This document shows, piece after piece, positions 10,088 through 20,035 of a stretch of DNA of 25,441 nucleotides (its first letter is position 1; every line of letters starts with the position of its first letter). Position numbers and translations under genes: made by a program. The notes under the pieces are model-generated. The model was given only the letters and a program-made list of their open reading frames with translations. It ran no database searches and had not been told where the DNA came from. The DNA lies in contig CAJNXB010001701.1 in the NCBI GenBank assembly GCA_905331015.1, positions 1 to 25,441 on the forward strand. Direction: 5' to 3'. This stretch comes from Rotaria socialis (lineage: Eukaryota).

Positions 10088-13000
10088 TCATGCTAATTTG
10101 AAATAGCTCTTCCCGATAGATGTCTTAGCGAACTCTTTCTTGTAAGTAGTCGATGGTAAAACATATAAAATAAAGCCAAAAGCTTGAGGAGCATACGATA
10201 AGAGATAAGCTCCAAGTAATGTGTGACGTTGCCAATGAGCCAATGATGTACATGCCAAACTAAATGTGAGAATAGTTTGAGGCAAAGCAGAGAGAACAAT
10301 AATAATTGGTGTTATATAAAGTTCTTTCTGAATTTGAAACTGATTCTTTAGTACTTGACCGAACGTCATTCTCGCTCCCATCGTTTTGACTCGACTACGC
10401 GCAGCCTGAAAAATTAAGAGCGTAATGCAGATCACTTGGATAAAGAATGGAACGACATAATGTATTAGAGTAGATATTCGATTGTAAGTCGAGAGTAGAG
10501 AAGTCTTGAAGTTTATCACACACACAGATGAACCGGCAGAGTGATCCTGAATGATTGTGTAATAGATCATTTCATGGGTGTGTATTAAAAGAAGGATAAT
10601 GGATGTTCCACCACTGATTCCGATAGCTAAATGAGGATTTTTGAGAGTACGTGAAGTTGGCAAGAACATGATGAGAAGACGATCAATAGTAATCCAACTT
10701 GTTAGCCAATAAGTCGACCGTGTGAATGCAGAAAGAGAAAAGGAAATAATTTTGCATGATACGGGAGTAGAAATTCCAAAAGTGACTTCGATGAATTTCA
10801 AGAGCAGACAAAGTAAAGCAACTTGATTGAAACAGGTGACAACCAACAAATAGTTACCTGTACCAAACTTTCGAGGCGACGGTCGCTTAAATGTGACAAA
10901 GGAAAAGAAGTTGTTAAAAAGGCCAATCGTAAAGATTAGAAGAGCTATAGAAACATAGACGACCTTCACTTCTTTTGAACCAGAAAGAAGTGAATCGAGA
11001 GTAAAACTGAATGGCTGCAAACTGAATTCGCAACGAAGACCCTGCTGACAAGACGAGCAAAGGCAAATAAAATCATTATGATGGTTTCGATCACCTTGAA
11101 TACATTTTCCTCCAGACAGACAATTATCACAATGATCAAGTTGAATATTGTGACCAAAGCATTCAGTACGATAATGGCTCGGCTGACAAATACAGAGATA
11201 ATTTTCATCATGAAAACAGAAACGTTTTGCGTCATTTTGACAGATGTGATGATATTTGAAGACGTCAGGAACCGACTGATCGATCGCTGAAAATCAAAAT
11301 GTAGATGATTTAAGAACATTCATTTATCTATAAACTCACCTGTGTGTAAGAGCGATGAAGCATGCGGACAGCGCTCTGGAGATGTGGTAATATTGATCTC
11401 TGATTGATGCAGAAGGTACATAATGAAATATACTGGACGTACTAAATCTTCGTATACTTTGAGAACGCCAAGATAAGGTGCGTAAGCATCAGGATGATTG
11501 TAGGTTATCGCCGATGGAAATCCATAAGTGACTCGCTGATGTTGGATGAGAAGCATAAGAGAAGGTATCGCAATATCTTACAGTTGAACAACAGTCGCAA
11601 GAGCGGCCAATTCAGATGTCATGTTCAAAGCCACGTTAACAGATGCCTTTTCATTTTGGCATTCATTCCCGTAGAATTGTACTGAACAGTTGCATATATA
11701 AGACACTTCACCACTCCGATCATAAGTAGAAAGACAAGTTCCATTGTTCAAACATGGATTCGAATCACAGTCATCATATTTCAAATAACAACGTGCCCCG
11801 AATCGGCCCATTGTACATAGACAGGAGGGATTCGCTTTCCTAATATGTGAGTCGTATTTATCGATATGACAGAGTGCATTGTCTGCGCAGTAATGCTCAC
11901 AACGAGGTTCGTACCAGCTACAATCTTTTCCATAATAACCACTCTTACACGAGCAATAGTAAGAATGGTTTTGATTGAAAACTGGCATACAGGTGGAATT
12001 ATTATTGCAACTGTTTTCCAGACAGGGATCCAGCGTTGCATTACCAAACCACGGTGGAAACTTTAATACAACAGCCAAATGAAAAGCCGGTAGATAGTCG
12101 AAGTAAATCGGATAATGCCAAGAGCCAACTTCTTTTATAGTATTGTTCTTCCCGAGCGAAAAGACATCAAAATGAACAGAATATGGGTGATGATTAAGAA
12201 CATCAGCTTGATTGAAATAGCGCCATCGTTTATGTACAAGCATGTCATGAGATCGTGAATACACAAGATAGAATTTATGTTTTATCTTCCTCGTATTTTC
12301 GATTGAACGAATTACAATAAACTCATGATGCTTGATGGTTTCATTATCGAAAAGAAGATTGGTCCGGATTTTCAGATTGATGTTCTCGAAGATTTTCGGC
12401 ATTGTTTTGTGATCAATGTGTGCAATGATGCTGATTCTATCACTGAAGAATTCACACCAATCACCATAGTAAGCAGGAGGACAGAGACAACGAGTTTCAT
12501 TCCGCTCGAGAATGGCTACACCTCGATTGCATTGATAGGAATAAATAGTACCAAAAGGACCTGTTGTAGACTTGATGATCACATTCTCTGATTCTCGTTG
12601 ATCGGACACTGATATGGGGAAAATTGGAAATCGTTCAGTGGAAATAAATTGAGAATTTTGACGAAGGGTAGTTTCTTTCGCGGAGCGATAAACCACATGA
12701 CTTTTGAAAGATTCAGGAATGCACCAATATTCATCTTCTCCATATTCACAGTCTACTGTTCCATTACACTTTGCTTTCTTCTTGCATTCATTACTTCCGA
12801 GACAGATGACATCTTTATCATCAGAACACAATCCATCTTGATCCCTATGATTTGAGCAGAGAACCTTACTACAATTCGTAATTCTCTGGCACGCAAGGGG
12901 ATGCAAATTAATGAAATCTTCACACCGATAATTGAAACCCAACATACGCGACCGTGCCTCGATTGTATTTTTCTCGTCATAAGCATTGAAACAATCTTCG

Positions 13001-16000
13001 GTACCATCGCCTATTTTAGTGAGATTAATACATGGACGGTTTAAATTTATGTCAAGTGGATTTGATACTTGTGATAGATAACAGCCCAATTCAATGGAAA
13101 TATTGCAGACCTTGGAAAACGGTGATTGAGAATATCGTTTTGCACATTGCTCGGTTCGATTATTCAAACCTAGTAGACGAGCATTGTGAATCGACCAGTT
13201 TCTAATGAGCACAAGAGCTTCCTCATCCGATGCATCTGCACAATCCCATTCTCCATCGCACACCCAGTCCAGCTCAATACATTGTCCTGTTTGACATTGA
13301 TATTGATCTTTCGAACACACCCAATTCTGACATGGGGAAGTTAACTCGTCAATATGACCACTCAAATCCCAGAAACTATCGCAGTACGATTGAAACGATA
13401 TTTGATCTTTTGATGTGCTATTCTGATGCAAAACAGCGAGCGAACTATCTATACTCGAGTTTTTTTATCGATGACAGTCGAATATATGTTTTCAGTCGAG
13501 CGCAATCGGCAGTATCGGTTTTCTCACAAGTGAGGCTTTTCTCGAGAGACAAGCCTGAACCATACCACATCTCATCATAGTTATTCGAACATCGGGAAAC
13601 CCCGGCGCCCAGCCAATAGAGGGAGAGGCACTTCTTTTGATCATTATAGCACCGAAATCGATGCCGTTCGACATTCCCCGTACAATAATCGTTATTAAAG
13701 GTCTTTTCTTCGTCTATATTATTAATGCAGTCGGAAAATCCGTCGCGGATTCGATACTGTGATATACATTCCCATGCAATTGGGCATGCGTCAGGATTAA
13801 CAGCATACGGGCGATCATTGAATGTTTTAGAATTATTCCAACAAAACTTGTCATATTGAAAAGGTGAGAACAAATCGCTATATTCTATATTATATTCTAT
13901 TGATGAACATACAGCATGATGGATGCGATGGCCATCCTGAATTGCAAAATCCAAACTTATGTTGAAAAGGGATTCACCTACAAAACTATATCCTCGGCAT
14001 TTTATTTTCCCACCGAACAGGAGAAGGTCGGGATTTGAATTATTCATATATCTAGTGTAGTTGTAGTAGAAGGAAAAATGTGCGCTGATCAATCCTGGAT
14101 CTGGATAGGGAACGAGATGATCTAAGCTAGGACACACCCTAATCATTATTTGTGTACAATTGTTGAGATTGCATGGACAATCATGTTCGAAATTATTTGA
14201 TAGAATGCATCGGAATAAATACTGGCAAATCTCGTCGTCGGTTAGTCGTGAAGAATTTATCATATTCCATGGAGGATATCGAACATCATCATAGTTTTTG
14301 TCTGGCCAACACAATCCACTTTCGAGTGTCCAAGCAGATCTATGTGGACTCACCTCACACATGTAGTTCAGGTTGCGCTTGTTGAAGCAATCAGCCAATG
14401 ATGGTTGAGATCGTTGAAATGCCATTCGAGTTACCCAATGAATACAGTGCCCATCACCACACGAGTAAAGTTTCGTAGGACAAAGATGTTCATCACATTC
14501 CATGGCAGCTGACTTGAAATAACACGAGTCTTCAAGTTCATCTGAAACTTCGTCGCTCCAATCCATACAATCAACAGCACCTGTCAGAATGATCAACGTA
14601 ATGAAGAAACATTCATGGCTCAAGAATTCTTACCATCAAGCCAGAATTCTTCTGAAATGCACATACCATTTGTGCATCGAAATTCGTCATCTTCACATTC
14701 ATTGAATTCTAACTTATCCCAATTTTCTTCATCAATACCACTAAAACATCGTTGAATACCATCACAAATCTCTCGCCAATCGAGACAAAGAGTATCTGTG
14801 CCACAAGACAGCGTCTCATAACAGATAATCTTTCCATACCGTTGAGTGTTCCACGAATCACCATCTCTCTTTTCTTCAAACTGAGCTTTCACCGCTTCAC
14901 TGAATAATTTTGCGTCGTGTGTCAACTGATATTCACAACATTTGCCAAATGTTCCCGCTTTTGTACAGTTCCAGACGAATCGATCATCTTCATCTTCAAT
15001 CAACGACCTATTGTAGAAAACACTGGTATAAATATCGGCCATTTCGACACTTGAACTCCACTTGAGAACTTCGTTTGGTTCCACATTTTGATCAATTAAG
15101 TCACGAAGCAGGCACCTTTTACCCTCCCATGTGTTTCATTACGATGAAACTGTGGCGCAGTTACGCCGTAACTGCGATCGCACTGTGACCCGTAATTGCG
15201 GAAAATTACGACGTAGGTACGCGTAACTACGATGAAAAGATCGCAGTTACGCGTAGTTACGGTGAAAAAATCACAGTTACGCATAATTGCGTCAGTTTTT
15301 TGCAATTATAGGTCATAGTGGCATCGCAATTGGTACAAAAGATAACATAGATTATGTTTTCATTTTATTATTTTTATTGTTTAAAAAATCTTTTGCGTAC
15401 AAAATAAAAAATTTAACACTGTAAAATTAAAATTTTTATAAAAAATAAAAGAACAATTTTTACACTACAAGTTGTCACAATAAAAATAATTGAAAAATTA
15501 AAACTTAAAAAAATTTCAAAATCTACTAAATTAAAAGTTAAAAAATATTGTTATTTTAAAACTTAAGGAAAATAAAAAATAAATATTCAGAAAAATAAAA
15601 AATTAACATCTAAAAACATTTTTAATAATTTAATATATAACAGAAAAAAAAATTAGATAGAAAAATTTGAAATGATTTAATATAAAAGAAAAAAATTAAT
15701 TAAAAAAAAATTGAACTGAAAACATTTTAATCTAGAAATTTTTAAAACAAATAAAAAATATGCATTCTACTGCTTATAGTAGAATGACTTATGAACGAAA
15801 ATGTGACGAACACTGCTATTAGTACTGGTTTTTTGTGACTAAGTTTTATTATTCGAATGTAGCCAATTACAAATAAGGAGGAATAAGTTATAATTGGTCA
15901 TTTATAACTACAACGGATCGTAGGATGCGATCACTAGGACGCAGTTACGTTGATCTGTGCCCCAGTAAGCGTAGTTTCTTATAGAAATCTTCGCTGCGAT

Positions 16001-16312
16001 CAATGCGCCATAGTTACGCGTAACTCCGACGCAGAATTGGCTCTGCGCGTAACTGCGACACAGTTGATAAAAAAGCGGTGACATGGGCTGATTCTCGCAC
16101 TTTTTCTTATTTCGGTCTAGTGGATAGCTTCCATTTAGACGTCGACAATATGGAATTGCGTCTCCATCATCGTATATGTGGTAGACACAATCGAATTTTT
16201 CAGTAGTTTGCCTATTCTCGGTATTGTAAAGTAGAACTCGACCATATATGATGATAAAAGTCGAAACAAGGATAGTAAAGACAGCTGGCAACATCTCCAA
16301 ACTATCTTCCTC
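10088..16312 (-). CDS. Multi-domain LDL-receptor class A + EGF-like + 7TM (GPCR-like) receptor; interrupted by a mobile element, a frameshift and an in-frame stop (possible pseudogene)
   Basis: Collinear minus-strand blocks: (1) 16312-16088, N-terminal TM anchor PAVFTILVSTFIIIYGRVLLY then FDCVYHIYDDGDAIPYCRRLNGSYPLDRNKKKCENQ. (2) ~15123-14634, GKRCLLRDLIDQNVEPNEVLKWSSSVEMADIY...LSCGTDTLCLDWREICDGIQRCFSGIDEEN...NECEDDEFRCTNGMCISEEFWLDG. (3) 14580-~13467, GAVDCMDWSDE... with further LDLa-like modules. (4) ~13460-11581, LDLa CSKDQYQCQTGQCIELDWVCDGEWDCADASDEE and several EGF modules (CEHYCADNALCHIDKY.., CDSNPCLNNGTCL...CNCSVQFYGNEC). (5) 11577-11341, DIAIPSLMLLIQHQRVTYGFPSAITYNHPDAYAPYLGVLKVYEDL...CPHASSLLHT. 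(6) 11287-10088, another Cys-rich EGF-like unit followed by a seven-helix domain (VVYVSIALLIFTIGLFNNFF ... YLLSYAPQAFGFILYVLP). Introns of 53 bp at 14633-14581 (GTAAG...ACAG) and 11340-11288 (GTGAGT...TCAG) restore frame exactly. Confidence 0.8.
15126..16087. mobile_element. Non-autonomous DNA transposon-like element inserted in receptor coding sequence (~962 bp, 2-bp CT/AG target duplication)
   Basis: Ends cccatgt (15126) / acatggg (16087). Extended inverted similarity inward: AACTGTGGCGCAGTTACGCC vs AACTGTGTCGCAGTTACGCG. Flanking dinucleotide ct at 15124-15125 and 16088-16089. AT-rich ORF-less core. Excision restores the host reading frame. Confidence 0.75.
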
Positions 16313-16668
16313 TGACAATAAAAATCAGCGCACGCTAGATCACCTCAGCATCTATCAAGGGAGAACGAGTTAGTTGTGCTATCATAGTGTGGAATAGGTA
16401 TCTGATTCCATGATATTTTTGTCAATATACTCGTCTGTATTGCGAGCGACGATCACGTATATGAAACAACTACCATGAAGTAAAAGTCAATAGATTAGTG
16501 AAATCATCAATGTAACACGCCGATCGTGTTTGATTATTCTGCTTTTCTTTGGTTTGGATGTTGTAAAATTTTTTGTATAGCAGTCATTTTTCATCATAGA
16601 TACCATTCGCGCTCAATTTTAGATTGCACCCTTTTATTTCTAACATTTTGGACCGCTGACAATCTACG

Positions 16669-16728
16669 GTGTGGGTGTGGGGTGTGGATTGGCTTTGTAG
16701 TTTATCTTCTCTGAACCCACACCCACAG
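16669..16728. repeat. Inverted TGTGGG-like motif pair, copy D (GGTGTGGGTGTGGGGTGTGG ... AACCCACACCCACAG)
   Basis: Two perfect TGTGGG units on one side and two perfect CCCACA units on the other. Confidence 0.6.
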
Positions 16729-16816
16729 AAGGTTGTACAGATACTCAAATAGAGCATGTTGTATGTTTAGCTATTTACAATATAATGCATCGTGATATTT
16801 TGAATCAAGGACGTAT

Positions 16817-16858
16817 GGGCGTGGGTTTCGTATCTTAATTCAAACCACACCCACACAC
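16817..16858. repeat. Inverted TGTGGG-like motif pair, copy E (GGGCGTGGGTTT ... AAACCACACCCACACAC)
   Basis: Read directly from sequence. Confidence 0.5.
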
Positions 16859-17049
16859 TTGCCCCAGCGAACAAGACTTCGAAAAATACGAAATGATGAA
16901 GACAAACTAGAAATTTAAATATATATTTATCTTGATTTTCTACAGTAAATGATGACATCCACGCAACTACCATATTGCAACATAAACATTTGCATGTGGT
17001 ATTTTCATTCATATTATCTACTAGAAATACGATTACTCTAGTTTTTTTT

Positions 17050-17066
17050 CTCTCTCTCTCTCTCTT
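17050..17066. repeat. (CT)n microsatellite
   Basis: ctctctctctctctctc following a T-run. Confidence 0.8.
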
Positions 17067-19831
17067 TTATTCGATAAACTAATCTTTAGCTAACTTCGAG
17101 GCATGTCTTCTTGATCGATGAGTATTAAGAAAAGACGGTCAACTACGATCATACAAGGGTATATTAACAACGTGACTAACATAAAAAGATGTATATATTA
17201 CTCTCATTACAATTGTAAAATATACATAACATCAATGTCTTACACACGAGCTCCTGAAAATGACTTAGGGTGGTAGATAATACTTCGAAAAGAACAAGAA
17301 CAGAAAAATCGGCATTGTAAGTTATATGGTTTTATATGCATTAGTTATGAATAATATACGCTGACGGAAAGATAGACAAGTATATTTGATGAATGATTCA
17401 GTTCTTAGTAGTATAATATCTTTCGTCTATGTAGAAAAATTAGAATTGTCTCGACTTTTCCCGCTTATATATCAACATAAAGATATATATATGGATACGC
17501 ATCTCTATGCCAATCCTGTTTTGTATCTAGAATTTTCACACTACGACAAACGATTCAGACCGGCAATCCATGAAGTACTTTCGAATGCCAAAATGTCATG
17601 CAAATACGTTAGTAGTAGATACTGATTAACCTACATGACGAATATGTACGACAAATGAAATTAACGAAAGAAGCTAGCGCTCACATGAGAGAATGAATCT
17701 AAAGTTGAATTCGATGACATCTATGTTAGTGGAAGTATGAAAATACTATTCAAGATTCTTAAGGAAATTACTGTCTAAATTATTTGCCGATGTATTTCAG
17801 AGGCTCTGGACATGTTGTTCCTCGACTAGTACAATCAGCAATTTTAATGATATGCGATATCTTATTATAAACATAAATGCTTTCTGTAGTATTGTTGATG
17901 TACAAGGTCTTAGCTCATAAGCAGATTGATACCTGGGAATATTCTATAATATGTTGATAAGAATAACTTCTAGCTGTTAAAGAAAAATCTTTTTGTTTTG
18001 GGCAACATAATTTAGACACGTAATTCATAGACAAATTAATTAGGCATTGCAAACATCATACTTTGGTACATGTGCGGCCATTGTTTTTCTTAATATCTTC
18101 CGATTCGGATGGTTTATATGCAAAGATCCATACACAATGTTAGAGAAGTGCTGTATGGTTATGTGTTTATCGAATTTATCTTCCATCTGTCTTGATTAAA
18201 TAAACAAGGCACGATTTTTATTATTCAATTGTAAAAATATCACATCAGTAGGTATTTGTGTTTTCTGTATGCAATGACATATAGAGAAAATTCGTATAAT
18301 TATAGGCGCTTAATATATTGTTGATGAATTGTTCAAAATTTCTATACTGTATTCAACTCATTGGATCGATCGTTTTAATTCTTACATTTCTCTTCTTTTT
18401 CATACTTCTTTGGCAAACAGATTGTTTATGGAGTCAAGATTCTTCGGATGATATTGGCCGTTATGAATGTAAATGGTAGACAATAGATGATTGAAACCTA
18501 TCATCATCGACTTTGACTGAGTCAATTCGTTGAGTACGTATTGTTTTCTCCGAGATATATCAAACAGAAACTAACGGGAGTGTCTCCCGCCTCTTTAAGT
18601 TTTCTTGCAAAGACTAATCGGCTACATGTATCGTCTTGCAGAACTTCAGATGAAAAAAATATATTAAGCCTGCACGATTGTTAACGAAATGTTAAATCTG
18701 TCGCTATTGACAAAAAAGAAACAATAACAACTGGTTTGATGATAAACACATTTTATTCGCATTCTCAATAATGAAGTACAAGTCAAACATATCTTTTGCT
18801 ATGGCCAAGGACAAAAATTTACTAACGATCTTTCTTATTACCCCATCGATTCAGAGATGTTTCAAGACATTTTCGCATGGATCATATCATCTATTGCTTC
18901 GCATACAAAGTTTTCCAAAGTAATAGAGTAATTTGATTAATAATAAATATCGATATAGAATATCAAACTTTCTCTCTCTCTCTAGTATGCGTTGGAAATA
19001 GTACCAATAATAAATAAAAAGTTCTATACAGTAACCGAACCTTTCAGCATAATAACAATGCCTTCTAAATATCGATTCTACTCATATTCGTATTAACAAC
19101 TATTTGAATCGTAGAGAGACTCTACCGCTACAAGACTATGAAACGATAATTTCGAAATAATTAATAACCATGTATCTGATTTTATCGAGACATATTTAAG
19201 TACGGTGAGACTTACTCTAGATATAATAGATATCAACAGCAGGCGCATTTGCCAATCAAATCAATGGTTAGAACAAGAAAAATAACCTCGTTGGTGGTAA
19301 GAACAAAAACAAAATATAGAACGATAGTAATAAAAGACAAAAAAACGATTATATTCGAAACAGGAGAGATTATTTCTCTCCCAATCGATCATCCTTGGAA
19401 GAAGAACTTCCACATTTCAACTCCACAAGGGCCGTACCGAGAGATTTCTGTTATCTCTAATGTCTAAATATCTCATCATAGAGTAAATAAAAGAAATTAG
19501 TTTTCAAATCCCACTTTTCTTTATCTTAAATTATTAACGCCTCTATTGTATCATGTCCTACCATCGAGACATATTCCGTTACGCAGTTCTAACATAACTT
19601 ATGCATCATCAAAGTTCCCTCTAGCGTGTTATTTACTCATCTAATGCTTCGCGTGAATATATTCCATATATTTTCTTGTCACTCCCTCTCTCGTTATAAT
19701 ATTTACCAAAAACGCTGTAATAGTTCTCTTTTTACCCGCTATATATCTCCCGATATATATCAGCATATTCTTGTTTTTTTCTTCTGCGGTTTTTCTTTTA
19801 TCGTCAAGCTAAAAACGATATCAGTCAGGGC

Positions 19832-19850
19832 AGGAGGAGGAGGAGGAGGG
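19832..19850. repeat. (AGG)n tract, G-rich
   Basis: caggaggaggaggaggaggg. Confidence 0.8.
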
Positions 19851-20035
19851 AAGAAAAAGTCTTTCTTTTCTTCATAACATACAAGATAATGAGGTTAGCG
19901 AGCGATGTACAACAATAAACGACGTCAATAACCAATAGATACCTCTTTTTTTTCTCTTATTTTCCTTTGCTAATACAAGGACAGAAAACGCAAAATACTT
20001 TGTTCATATTGGTTAACGAATAGCCTTTTGGTGAA

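Noticed and set aside
10966-11319. Minus ORF of 117 aa (MFLNHLHFDFQRS...)
   Set aside because: Alternative frame of the receptor exon; the correct frame after the 53-bp intron reads AIDQSVPDVFKYHHICQNDAKRFCFHDENYLCICQPSHYRTECFG..., an EGF-like unit running straight into the 7TM domain.
11532-11577. 46-nt GTAAG...CATCAG candidate intron in the receptor gene
   Set aside because: Good donor but the splice puts the downstream exon out of frame and gives an early stop, whereas both flanks share one frame across a single TAA; kept as an in-frame stop instead.
11781-12591. ORFs 11781-12047, 11866-12066, 12325-12591 overlapping the receptor gene
   Set aside because: Shadow ORFs; the minus-frame translation has clear Cys-rich EGF/LDLa modules while these have none.
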